Shown piece by piece: positions 48,563 through 58,096 of a stretch of DNA of 64,000 nt. The position numbers and the translations under genes were made by a program. Below the pieces are notes generated by a model. That model did no database searches, was not told the origin of the DNA, and worked only from the letters and a program-made list of their open reading frames with translations. The first letter of the stretch is position 1, and each line of letters begins with the position of its first letter. Where the stretch lies: positions 3,712,001-3,776,000 of the forward strand of contig OZ242374.1 of assembly GCA_965209055.1 (NCBI GenBank), given 5' to 3'. The stretch is from Acidobacteriota bacterium. Its GTDB lineage: Bacteria > Acidobacteriota > UBA6911 > RPQK01 > JAJDTT01.

Positions 48563-49458
48563 TCGTACACCTCCCGGAACCGGCGCAGGACCCGGTTGGC
48601 GACCACGTTCATGAACAAGGTGATGGCGAAAAGCAGGGCGGCGACCGCAAAGATGGTCTGGTATTCAATGGTGCCGGCCGGGGTGTCTCCGAGACTGACC
48701 TGGACGATGTAGGCCGTCATGGTCTGGATGCTCTCCGCGGGATTCAGCGTCAGCTTCGGAGTCGCTCCCGCCGCCAGGGTGACCGCCATGGTTTCTCCGA
48801 TGGCTCTCGAGATCGCGAGCACGAACGATGCCACCACACCCGATGTCGCCGACGGAAGGGTCACGCCCAAGGTGACTTCCAGCCGGGTGGCGCCCAGGGC
48901 GTAGGCCCCATACCGGAGCGACTTGGGCACGGCCCGGAAGGCGTCGTCGCAGAGAGAGGCCACCATGGGCAGCACCATGATGCCCACGACGATGGAGGCG
49001 CTGGCTGCGTTGAAGATGCGGATCTGGTCGAAGAACGTCTGCAGAACCGGCGTGACGAACGTCAGGGCAAAGTACCCGTACACGACGGTGGGGATGCCGG
49101 CAAGGATTTCCAAAACCGGTTTGACCCCCTCCCGGATCCGGTCCGAAGCGTATTCAGACAGATAAATTCCCGTGGCCAAGCCGACCGGAAGAGCGACCAG
49201 GGAAGAGCCGATCACGATGAGCAGGGTTCCGGAGAGCAAGGGCAGGACGCCGAAGGAGCGCGGTTCCAGCAGCGGCGTCCAGCGGGTGCCGAACAGGAAA
49301 TCCAGGATGGGGACTTCGCGAAAGAAGAGGGCCGATTCCGTCAGCAGAACCAGGATGATGGCCACGGTCGTGGCCACCGAGACGCAGGCGCAACCCAGCA
49401 GGAGCCAACCGATGAGCTTCTCGCGAACGTTCCCTTTCTTCCGGAGCTGGAGTGTCAT
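48559..49458 (-). CDS. pstC: Phosphate ABC transporter permease
   Basis: [20 protein letters not shown]; operon position. Confidence 0.95.
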   Translation of the reverse strand: MTLQLRKKGNVREKLIGWLLLGCACVSVATTVAIILVLLTESALFFREVPILDFLFGTRWTPLLEPRSFGVLPLLSGTLLIVIGSSLVALPVGLATGIYLSEYASDRIREGVKPVLEILAGIPTVVYGYFALTFVTPVLQTFFDQIRIFNAASASIVVGIMVLPMVASLCDDAFRAVPKSLRYGAYALGATRLEVTLGVTLPSATSGVVASFVLAISRAIGETMAVTLAAGATPKLTLNPAESIQTMTAYIVQVSLGDTPAGTIEYQTIFAVAALLFAITLFMNVVANRVLRRFREVYE

Positions 49459-49496
49459 TTCTGAGGTGAATTGTGCGGAGGAACTTTAGTTGGCGG

Positions 49497-50480
49497 TTAG
49501 CTGCCCACCTGGAACAGATCCAGCAATGAGACGCCTGCAGCATGCCCGCCGCCGTAGACCGTTCCCGTGATGCCGTTGGTGAAGCGGTGCAATGCCAACT
49601 CGTAGATTTCTGGCGGCAGCGCCACGTACCCCACTTCCTGAACCAGATTGGGTGCCTCCCGGAGGTAGAATTCCACGAACGCCACGACCTCCTCCCGGCG
49701 GGCCTGGTCGTTGACGTAGATGAAAACGGGCCTGGAGAGTGGCTTGTACGTGTTCTGGTTGATGGTCTCGTGCGTCGGATAAACGGGTCCGTCGCCCCCG
49801 TCGATGGGGATCAGTTTCAGGCGCGAGGCATTTTCGGCGTAATAGGCGAACCCGAAAAAGCCCAGAGCGTCCGGATCTCCCGAGATGCCTTGAACCAGGA
49901 CGTTGTCATCCTCGCTGGCAGTGAAGTCGGGACGGCAGACTTGGGACTTGCCGTTGACCGCCTCGGTGAAGTAATCGAAGGTCCCCGAATCGGGTCCGGG
50001 CCCGTACAGGTTGAGTTTCCTGTCGGGCCATTCCGCACGGATGTCGCTCCATTTGTTCACCATGCTCCCGGGCTGCCAAATCTTTCTCAACTCCTCCACG
50101 GTCAAATGGTCCAGGAAATCGTTTTCGGGATTGGCGACGACGGAAATCCCGTCGAAGGCCACGGGCAGTTCGATGAACTGGACCGAGTTCGCCTTGGCGG
50201 CCTCCTCCTCGATGGGTTTGATGGGACGGGAGGCGTCGTTGATGTCGGTTTCACCGGCACTGAACTTCTTGAATCCTCCGCCCGTCCCGGAAATCCCCAC
50301 CGTGACCTGGACCCTGCCATGGACCTTCAGAAATTCCTCGGCGACGGCCTCGGTGATGGGAAATACCGTGCTGGAACCATCGACCCTGACTCGGCCGCGC
50401 ATCCCGCCTGAATCGTCGCCACCGCCGCAAGAGGTCAGGAGAAACCCCGAAAGACACAGCCAGCGCATCATTTTCGTCAT
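49497..50480 (-). CDS. pstS: Phosphate-binding lipoprotein
   Basis: Lipobox LTSC, DGSSTVFP, SGTGGGF, SGTFDYF, SEDDN. Confidence 0.95.
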   Translation of the reverse strand: MTKMMRWLCLSGFLLTSCGGGDDSGGMRGRVRVDGSSTVFPITEAVAEEFLKVHGRVQVTVGISGTGGGFKKFSAGETDINDASRPIKPIEEEAAKANSVQFIELPVAFDGISVVANPENDFLDHLTVEELRKIWQPGSMVNKWSDIRAEWPDRKLNLYGPGPDSGTFDYFTEAVNGKSQVCRPDFTASEDDNVLVQGISGDPDALGFFGFAYYAENASRLKLIPIDGGDGPVYPTHETINQNTYKPLSRPVFIYVNDQARREEVVAFVEFYLREAPNLVQEVGYVALPPEIYELALHRFTNGITGTVYGGGHAAGVSLLDLFQVGS

Positions 50481-50510
50481 CGATCCGGTTTCCTCATCTG
50501 GTTGCAGAAA

Positions 50511-51794
50511 TTAGAAATTCAGTTGGAGCCGCGTGACCACGGCGTGGGTGGTGCCGACCTCGTACAGGTCGCCGTGGACATAGTTGAACATGACCCGGGC
50601 CACCGGATTCAGGTACCAATTCACGGCCGCCGTAACGTTGTTGAGGCGGCCTCCCTGGATGGCGCGGTCGGTCAGGTCGAGCCTGGAATACCGGAGCGCC
50701 AGCTCCCAGGCCCCAGGTCCCTCTCCCGGTGCGAAATTCTTTCGGGGCCGCAGCCGGTCGAAGAACCCCGAGGAAGCCTTGTAGTTCCGCTGCTCGCCGG
50801 TCAGGAAGACGCTGGCATAGACATAGAAGCCCCCGAAAACCGGGTCTCCGGCGATTCGCGACCGGGCCGCCGAGTGAGTGTATTCGGACTGGACCGAAAA
50901 CGGTCCGCTCACCACGGCGCCCTCCAGGACCAGCATTTGAACCCGATCGGCCGCAAAGGAACGGGTGTCCACGTAACGGTCGGTCAGGTGGAGTTCCGGG
51001 CGCTGCCGCCAACGCAGGACGCCGTCGCTGGGCCGTCTCAAACTGTAGCTGACACCCAGGTGCGCCAGCCGGTCCTTCTGCTTGTCGAGGGCCGGTACAC
51101 CCGTCAGGCGAAAGGTGCTGCCGACTCCGTTTCCCAGGCTGGTGCCGCCGTTGTCCGTATCCCGGAAGACGCCGGCGGCCCAGGTCAATCGCTGGCCCAA
51201 TTGGGAGTTGTAGAAGGTCAGTCCCACATTCCTGGAGTAGGAGAAGACGTTGGCCACCGATCGCTCCACGAACGTCATGTAGTTGCTGCTGGTGAGTTCC
51301 TCCAGGCTGAATGGTTCCTTGTAGTGGCCGACCTTGACGTTCCCGAATCCGGGGATCGACTTGAGGGCGACGAATACGTCTTTCAGCGCCGTCGACCCTC
51401 CGGCGAAGTCGAACTGGCTCTTGAAGCTCAAGTTACCGTACAGGTCGCCCGACATGTATAGGCGCGTCCTGCGGAATTCACTGCCGCTGGTTTGGTCTCC
51501 GATGGCGTCCCTCACGGCTTGATCCTCGTTGATCCACATCCAGTCGGCCTGGATTCGTCCGCCGATCTTGAGACTCACACGCTTGTCCGGAGTTTCGAGC
51601 CGGACTCCATCCTTCCAGTAGGGCCGGAGGGAGTTCGGGTCCTGAGGTCGGTCTGTCGATTCCTTTTTTCCAGGCTCGTCCTGCTGCGCCCGGGGGCCTT
51701 TCTCCTGGACAGCCGACGACAGCCCGGCGGTCAGGAAGGCACCACCAGGTTGCAGCAGAAGCGAGCTGAGGATGAGCAGACCTGTGCGCTTCAC
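50511..51794 (-). CDS. Phosphate-selective porin OprO/OprP family
   Basis: GGRIQAD, FRRTRL, KEPFSLEELTSS, GAWELALRYS, VNWYLNP, C-terminal Phe; first gene of the pst operon. Confidence 0.92.
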   Translation of the reverse strand: MKRTGLLILSSLLLQPGGAFLTAGLSSAVQEKGPRAQQDEPGKKESTDRPQDPNSLRPYWKDGVRLETPDKRVSLKIGGRIQADWMWINEDQAVRDAIGDQTSGSEFRRTRLYMSGDLYGNLSFKSQFDFAGGSTALKDVFVALKSIPGFGNVKVGHYKEPFSLEELTSSNYMTFVERSVANVFSYSRNVGLTFYNSQLGQRLTWAAGVFRDTDNGGTSLGNGVGSTFRLTGVPALDKQKDRLAHLGVSYSLRRPSDGVLRWRQRPELHLTDRYVDTRSFAADRVQMLVLEGAVVSGPFSVQSEYTHSAARSRIAGDPVFGGFYVYASVFLTGEQRNYKASSGFFDRLRPRKNFAPGEGPGAWELALRYSRLDLTDRAIQGGRLNNVTAAVNWYLNPVARVMFNYVHGDLYEVGTTHAVVTRLQLNF

Positions 51795-51828
51795 GGGGCT
51801 CTCGTTTCAGTTTCCACACTCGGAGGAT

Positions 51829-51867
51829 ACGAAAGGAATATGAAGAAAAAATGAAGAAGGCATAAAA
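51829..51867 (-). promoter_or_regulatory. Candidate Pho box array
   Basis: Half-sites TTTTAT, CTTCAT, CTTCAT, TTTCGT on - at exact 11-bp spacing (+ starts 51862, 51851, 51840, 51829), upstream of the porin gene. Confidence 0.65.
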
Positions 51868-52140
51868 AAACCGATACCTCCAACCTTGTCGAATGTCCGA
51901 TCTTGAGAGTTTCCCGCGCCTGGTCGGCAGGGCGCCTCACCGGGCTCGGCGCCGTCCAGGGCTTTCAGCGCCGACGCGCACGCCATTTATTTCGATCAGC
52001 CGGATCGCTTGGCGTACACAGGTGGAGATTATACTTGCGAAGCTGATGGCTGCAAGGCTCCGCCGGAAATATCCTCGGCAGCGCGCGGCCTCGCTAACTG
52101 GTCGAATTCCGCCTTGAATCCCGCGGTCCGGTGTGGGTTT

Positions 52141-53613
52141 TCAGTCGAAACAGTAGAGGGCGCTGACGGTGCGTAAATAGAGCTTGCCGTCAACCAGCGC
52201 CGGCGTGGCGTAGGCATCCTCACCCATTCGATTTACGGCCAGCACCTCCCATTCCGGTCCGGCCTTCAGGACCGGGACGTCGCCGTTCTCTCCGAGCAGG
52301 TAGACCTTGCCGTCGCCTCCGACCGGAGACGCGAAATACCGGCTCATAGCCTCCGTCAGCCTGGCCAGCTTCAGGACGGCTCCGGTGTCCGGATCGAGAG
52401 CAGTGACGATGCCTCCGTCCTTGATCAGGTAGATGACGCCGTCGTAAAGGAGAGGGGAGGGCACGTTGGGCAGACTCTTGTGGTATTGCCACCCCCGGGC
52501 GGTCTCGGTCACGTCGCCCGTTCCTCCGAGGCGAATCCGCTGAATGGAGTTGACCGATGCCCGGCGCATACGAAACAGCTCCCAGTCCCGTTCTCCCAGG
52601 TAGCCGTCCAGATCAAGATCCATGTTGCGCCAAGACGTGGAGAAGTTGGGCGAAATCGCTCCCTCGGCTTCTTCCTCGGAGAGTTTCCGGTCGCCGTTGC
52701 CGTCGTGTTTCTTCAGGGCTTCGTCAAAGGGGATCACGTTCTCTTGATTGCCCGGGTCGGCGGCGCCCGCCCACCCCAGGACGTAAGCGTAGTCTCCGTC
52801 CATCACCGGCGTCGGTTTCATCTGCCACGTCAGTCCTCGGCTCCACCAGATCTTCTCGCCCGTGGCCGCCGAATAGGCGACAAGTTGAAATGACCCCGGA
52901 ACCAGGACCTGGAGCTCTCCGCCACCAGGCCGGTAGAGGACCGGAGTCGAGAAGCCGCGTCTCATCAAGGGACGCTCATTTCGCCAGGCGACCCGTCCCG
53001 TCTCCCTGTCCACCGCCACCATGAACGATCCGGATTCACCGTCGCAGACCTGAACGACATGGTTGCCGGCGAGAATCGGAGAGGCGGCGATCCCGAAAGG
53101 AGTATTGTATGGCCCCAGCGAAACCCGCCAGAGTTCGTTTCCCCGGGCGTCGTAGGCGAGAAGGCCCAGATCCTGGAAAAAGACGTAGACGTTGCTTCCG
53201 TCCGTCACCGGACTGGGAGAGGCGGGGGAGTTGTCCCGGTGGAGCTTGCCCTCTCTGTTTCTGGCGACGTTCCGGGTCCACTGGATTTCTCCTGTTTTCC
53301 GATCCAGAGCCGTCGTGGAGAGGATTTCTCCTTGGAAGCCGGTCACGAAAATGCTCTCCCGGGAAAAGACGGGAGAGGAATGGCCCGGAGGAAGGGAAGT
53401 TTTCCAGTGGACATTTTCCTCGGGGCCGAAACGATGCGGCAGATCCCGGGTGGTAGAGACACCCGACCCGTTGGGACCCCGAAACTGCGTCCAGTCTCCG
53501 GCCTCCGAGACCTGCATCAGGAAGGCCAGCAGAGGGAACATCGCCAAGCGGGACCGGAGCCCGATGCAGGCGGGACGCCGCCGGGAAAAGCAAGAACGCG
53601 TTAGGGGTCTCAT
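52141..53613 (-). CDS. PQQ-like (BamB-type) beta-propeller protein with EF-hand-like insertion
   Basis: DWTQFRGPNGSG, repeated SSP/ASP and TGEI.W blades, DGNGDRKLSEEE and DLDLDGYLGERD loops. Confidence 0.85.
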   Translation of the reverse strand: MRPLTRSCFSRRRPACIGLRSRLAMFPLLAFLMQVSEAGDWTQFRGPNGSGVSTTRDLPHRFGPEENVHWKTSLPPGHSSPVFSRESIFVTGFQGEILSTTALDRKTGEIQWTRNVARNREGKLHRDNSPASPSPVTDGSNVYVFFQDLGLLAYDARGNELWRVSLGPYNTPFGIAASPILAGNHVVQVCDGESGSFMVAVDRETGRVAWRNERPLMRRGFSTPVLYRPGGGELQVLVPGSFQLVAYSAATGEKIWWSRGLTWQMKPTPVMDGDYAYVLGWAGAADPGNQENVIPFDEALKKHDGNGDRKLSEEEAEGAISPNFSTSWRNMDLDLDGYLGERDWELFRMRRASVNSIQRIRLGGTGDVTETARGWQYHKSLPNVPSPLLYDGVIYLIKDGGIVTALDPDTGAVLKLARLTEAMSRYFASPVGGDGKVYLLGENGDVPVLKAGPEWEVLAVNRMGEDAYATPALVDGKLYLRTVSALYCFD

Positions 53614-53801
53614 CCTCAATGTCTCTCCTGCCGACGGGGTTTGCGGCCTGTTGGAGTCGTGACGGAAACTATCGTCCATGGACGCTTGGAGACTAGGCTG
53701 AAACCGGGACTGAGTCAAACTCCGGACGGTTGTTCTTGGGGTGGACTTTCCGCGCTGGTGATCCATACTAAAGTCGATTTGCAGAGAAACGAGGGGAGGG
53801 C

Positions 53802-54461
53802 ATGATGGCCGAAAGCAGCAATGGACCGGGTTCGGTCAAAGAGATGATTCTGGTGCCGGGAGTGATCACCTTGGCCGTGACCATCCTGCGCCTGACCGGA
53901 GAGCTCAACGGTTGGTCTCCGGTGTTGTTCAATTCCGAAGCGGGCGGCGGCGGTGCCATTGTGGGGATCGCCTGGCTGGTGCCGGTCTTCGGGATCCACT
54001 TCGCCTTGAAGCTGGTCAGGTCGGGCAGTGCTCCCGCCTCCGCGGGCCGGGTGCTCGCCTATTCGGCGGCGGGGCTGGCGGCGGCTGTGGCCATCATTAT
54101 CGGGGGCAGCTGGCTCGTGGGCGAGAACTACCCGGTTGCCATGCTGGTTCCGGCCGCCGGCGGAATCGCCGGAATGGCCATCGCCTGCCGGGGCTGGTGC
54201 GCATTGGGCAGGGTCCTGTTCTACTACGCCCTGGCGGCCCGGATTCCGGTGATCCTCATCACGCTGCCGGCGGTTCTGGGCAACTGGGGCACCCACTACG
54301 ACGCCGCGCCTCCGGGGTTTCCGGAGATGAGCGCCATGGGGAAGTTTTTCTGGTCGGGCGTGGTTCCCCAAATGACCGTCTGGGTGGGCTACACCATGAT
54401 CGTGGGAGCTCTGTTCGGAGGAATCGCCCTCGTGGTGGCGGGCAGGAGAAGATCGGCATAG
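53802..54461 (+). CDS. Hypothetical integral membrane protein
   Basis: About 6 hydrophobic segments, GGAGG RBS, NWGTHYD motif. Confidence 0.75.
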   Translation: MMAESSNGPGSVKEMILVPGVITLAVTILRLTGELNGWSPVLFNSEAGGGGAIVGIAWLVPVFGIHFALKLVRSGSAPASAGRVLAYSAAGLAAAVAIIIGGSWLVGENYPVAMLVPAAGGIAGMAIACRGWCALGRVLFYYALAARIPVILITLPAVLGNWGTHYDAAPPGFPEMSAMGKFFWSGVVPQMTVWVGYTMIVGALFGGIALVVAGRRRSA

Positions 54462-54479
54462 GGACGCCGGAGAGATCGC

Positions 54480-54884
54480 ATGACGAAGGCCAGGCTTGGC
54501 CGGTTCGATGATTTGGTCCGGCTCTCGACCGGACCGCTGATACCCGTCGTTCATCGTCTGCGTGGAGTGATCCTGGAGATTCATCCGGATGCCTGCGAAG
54601 TGGTCCGCCTGGGCGACCGGGCCGCGACTTACGGTTGCGGGCCCCGGAAAATGATCGACGGGTACGCATACATCATGCCGTTCAAGTCCTGGGTCAATCT
54701 CGGCTTCTACCGGGGCACGAGCCTGGCGGACCCGGAGAAGCTGCTGGAAGGGACCGGCGTCAGGATGCGCCATGTCAAGATGCGGACGGTTGAAGACGTC
54801 GAACGGCCCGGCGTCCGGGGGCTGATCCGGGAGGCCTGTGCCGAGCGCGGGGCCGCGCTCGGAATCAGTCGAGCGGAAAGGTAA
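54480..54884 (+). CDS. DUF1801-domain protein
   Basis: YAYIMP..WVNLGFYRG..L.DPEKLLEGTG..MRHVK. Confidence 0.82.
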   Translation: MTKARLGRFDDLVRLSTGPLIPVVHRLRGVILEIHPDACEVVRLGDRAATYGCGPRKMIDGYAYIMPFKSWVNLGFYRGTSLADPEKLLEGTGVRMRHVKMRTVEDVERPGVRGLIREACAERGAALGISRAER

Positions 54885-56547
54885 CGGCGCCGTCCGAGGG
54901 TGAGGAGACCGTACGGGCGTACTTGGCCAGGACGCCGGTCCTGGACCGCTCCGCGGGGGGCTTCCGGTTCCGGAGGCGGACCCGGATCTCCTCGTCGCTC
55001 AAGTCCACGTTCATCACCCGTGCCTCGATGTCCAGCGTGATGATGTCGCCATCCTTCAGGGCGGCCAGGGGGCCGCCGACGGCCGCTTCGGGAGCCACGT
55101 GCCCCACCACGAAGCCCCGGGTGGCGCCCGAAAAGCGCCCGTCTGTGATCAGAGCCACCTTGTCGCCCAGGCCGGAACCCTGCACGGCTCCGGTGACCTG
55201 CAGGAGTTCTCGCATGCCCGGTCCGCCCACGGGGCCTTCGTTGCGGATCACAATGACGTCTCCCGCCTTGATCCGGCCTTGCTTGATGGCGGCGAACGCC
55301 GGTTCCTCCCGGTCGAAGACCCGGGCCGGACCCGTGTGACCGTCCCGGTCGACGCCGGAGATCTTCAGAACGCACCCTTCGGGGGCCAGGTTTCCCCGCA
55401 GGATGATGAGGCCTCCCGTCTTCTTGATGGGGGCGGACAAGGGCCGGATGACCTCTTGTCCCTCCGGCGCCCGGCCGCGGCCCAGTTCCTGGGCCAGGGT
55501 CCTGCCGGTGACAGTGGGGAGGTCGCCGTCGACAAGTCCCGCTTCCAGCAGCAGGCGGCCGACGTAGGTCATGCCGCCGGCCTGGTGCATGTCGGGGGCG
55601 GTAAAGCGCCCCGCCGGCTTCAGGTCGGCCAGAACCGGCGTTTTCCGCGAGATCAGGTCGAAGTCGTCGATGTCCAGGGGGATGTCCGACTCCCGGGCGA
55701 TGGCCAGCAGATGGAGCACCACGTTGGTGGATCCGGCGGTGGCCATGGCGCCGGTGATGGCGTTGAGGATGGCCTGCCGGTTCAGGATGTCCCGGGGCCG
55801 CAGTCCCTGCTCCAGGAGTTGCATCACCAGGCGGCCGCACTCCCGGGCCGCCTCTTCCTTCTTGAGGTCCACCGCCGGGATTCCGTTGAAGCCCATGGGG
55901 GAGATGCCCAGCATCTCGAACGCCGTGGACATGGTGTTGGCGGTGAACTGGCCGCCGCACGCCCCCGCGCCGGGACAGGCGTAGTTCTCGATGCCCCTGA
56001 GTTCCTCCCGGTCGATGCGTCCCGCATTGTAAGCCCCGATGGCTTCGTAGGCGTCCTGGACCGTGAGCTTACGCCCGTTGTATTCCCCCGGCATGATGGA
56101 ACCGCTGTAGAGAATCAGGCTGGGGATGTTGAGCCGGGTCAACGCCATGGCGGCGGCCGGGCTCGTCTTGTCGCATCCCGTGATGGCGACGAGGCCGTCG
56201 AAAAGGTGTCCCCGGCAGACCAGCTCGATGGAGTCGGCGATGACCTCCCGGCTGACCAGCGACGATTTCATGCCCTCGGTCCCCATGGCGATCCCGTCGG
56301 TCACCGAGATGCTGTTGAATTCGAGCGGAGTTCCGCCGGCGGCCCGAACCCCTTCCTTGACCTTTTCCGCCAGTCTCCGGTGGTTGAAGTTGCAGGGCGT
56401 GACCTCGATCCAGCAGTGGGCGACTCCGATGAGGGGTTTGGCCAGGTCCTGGTCGGTGAAACCGATGGCCTTGAAAAAGGATCGAGCTCCCGCCCGGTCG
56501 GGTCCGTCCAGTAGAGTTCGGCTCTGGTGTCTCATATCGAATGGCAT
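54865..56547 (-). CDS. ilvD: Dihydroxy-acid dehydratase
   Basis: TPCN, DGIAMG, GCDKT, GACGGQFTANTM, GSTN, GPGMRE, TDGRFSG, GHVAPEA. Confidence 0.96.
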   Translation of the reverse strand: MPFDMRHQSRTLLDGPDRAGARSFFKAIGFTDQDLAKPLIGVAHCWIEVTPCNFNHRRLAEKVKEGVRAAGGTPLEFNSISVTDGIAMGTEGMKSSLVSREVIADSIELVCRGHLFDGLVAITGCDKTSPAAAMALTRLNIPSLILYSGSIMPGEYNGRKLTVQDAYEAIGAYNAGRIDREELRGIENYACPGAGACGGQFTANTMSTAFEMLGISPMGFNGIPAVDLKKEEAARECGRLVMQLLEQGLRPRDILNRQAILNAITGAMATAGSTNVVLHLLAIARESDIPLDIDDFDLISRKTPVLADLKPAGRFTAPDMHQAGGMTYVGRLLLEAGLVDGDLPTVTGRTLAQELGRGRAPEGQEVIRPLSAPIKKTGGLIILRGNLAPEGCVLKISGVDRDGHTGPARVFDREEPAFAAIKQGRIKAGDVIVIRNEGPVGGPGMRELLQVTGAVQGSGLGDKVALITDGRFSGATRGFVVGHVAPEAAVGGPLAALKDGDIITLDIEARVMNVDLSDEEIRVRLRNRKPPAERSRTGVLAKYARTVSSPSDGAVTFPLD

Positions 56548-56658
56548 GATTCATCGATTATACTCCGAATATTCCTGCTTTCCTGGAAGCGGAGAGCACC
56601 GGTTCGGAAATTGCAGGCCGGGATGACGTTTTCCTGGTTCTGAATAAAGGGAGACTGC

Positions 56659-58050
56659 ATGGATTTCGAGAAGCTTCAGCGCCTGATTCGGGGGAAGATC
56701 TACCTCGACCAGGAGTCCCGCCGGGACGTGGCCACCGATTTCGGCCGGATCCTGACGAAGACTCCCAAGGCCCTTGTGGCCCCGGAATCGGTCGAGGACG
56801 TGGCCACCGTTGTGGCAACGGCTTCCCGGGCAGGCTGGCCGGTCTCGACCCGCGGAGCTTCCCATTCCCAGAGTGGCCAGTCCCTCTCCCAGGACGGGGT
56901 CCTCGTCGATCTGAGTTCGTTGAATGGGATCGGCGCCGTGGAAGGGGAGACGGTGAAGGTCCAGGCGGGCGTCCTGTGGCGCGATCTGGTGGCCTTCACT
57001 TCCGATAGGGGATTTCTTCCCCCGGTTCTCACCAACAATCTCAACGTGACCGTGGGAGGAACGCTCTCCATGGCCGGCATCGGCGTGTCTTCCCATCGGC
57101 ATGGCACGCAGGCCCACCAGGTGTTGGAACTCGAGGTCGTGACGGGGGAGGGCCACCGGGTACGCTGCTCTCCGGAGGAGAACTCCGAGCTCTTCTTCTG
57201 CACCTTGTGCGGACTGGGCCAGTTCTCGGTCATCGTAAGCGCCCGGCTCCGCCTCCGCCGGGTGGCGCCCAGGGTCCGGACCTTCTATCTCCTCTACGAT
57301 GACCTGACCGCTCTGATGGCGGACCAGAAGCATCTCGTTTCCCGGCAGCGCTTCGATTACATCGAGTCCTGGGCCTCTCCGTGCGTGCAGGGCTTGAGGC
57401 GAATGGGCGGCGTCCGGGTCCCCTTCGCCGAGTGGTTCTTTCCCATGCACCTGACCGTGGAGTGCGATGACGAGGATCCTGGGGAGGAAGAGTTGCTCGA
57501 TGGCCTGAACTTCTATCGAAAGCTGCAGGTGGAGGATTCCAGCGCTCTGGAGTTCGCCCATCGGCTGGAGCCGGTCTTCGAGTTCTGGCGGCAGAGCGGG
57601 GCATGGGGCATGTGCCACCCCTGGATGGAGACCATTCTGCCCTGGGATCAGGCCCCGGCCTACATCGGCGGCGTGCTGGCCAACTTTCCCCCGCAGCTCC
57701 TGGCCGGCGGCCACGTCCTGATTTGGCCCTGCCGCTTCCAGGGAGACCCGCTTCCCCTGTTCAGGCATCCCCGGGGCGAGTTCATCCTGGGCTTCGGGAT
57801 CCTGCCCGCGGTGCCTCGGCAGATGCTCCCCCTGGCCCGTCAGCTACTGAAGACAGCCAGCGATCTCTCGATGCGAGTCGGAGGAAAGCGCTACCTCTCG
57901 GGGTGGGTGGAATTCACTCCCGAACAGTGGAAGAGCCACTTTGGAGAAACCTGGGAAGACCTGCAACGGTGGAAGCAGTTTTACGATCCGGCGGGAATAT
58001 TGAACCCCGGCTTCATACCCTTCCCGGAGCGAACGGAGAGTCCGGATTGA
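56659..58050 (+). CDS. FAD-linked oxidase, cytokinin-dehydrogenase-like
   Basis: RGASHS.GQS, LNVTVGGTLS.AGIG, GLGQF.VI, HPW, HFGE.W, YDP.GILNPG. Confidence 0.82.
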   Translation: MDFEKLQRLIRGKIYLDQESRRDVATDFGRILTKTPKALVAPESVEDVATVVATASRAGWPVSTRGASHSQSGQSLSQDGVLVDLSSLNGIGAVEGETVKVQAGVLWRDLVAFTSDRGFLPPVLTNNLNVTVGGTLSMAGIGVSSHRHGTQAHQVLELEVVTGEGHRVRCSPEENSELFFCTLCGLGQFSVIVSARLRLRRVAPRVRTFYLLYDDLTALMADQKHLVSRQRFDYIESWASPCVQGLRRMGGVRVPFAEWFFPMHLTVECDDEDPGEEELLDGLNFYRKLQVEDSSALEFAHRLEPVFEFWRQSGAWGMCHPWMETILPWDQAPAYIGGVLANFPPQLLAGGHVLIWPCRFQGDPLPLFRHPRGEFILGFGILPAVPRQMLPLARQLLKTASDLSMRVGGKRYLSGWVEFTPEQWKSHFGETWEDLQRWKQFYDPAGILNPGFIPFPERTESPD

Positions 58051-58096
58051 AGAACTTGTGAATCTGAATTACTTCTTTAATGAAGCAAGTTAAAGA

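Noticed and set aside
51893-52140. Possible small gene or ncRNA between the porin and propeller genes
   Set aside because: The short ORFs lack motifs and I see no recognisable RNA structure.
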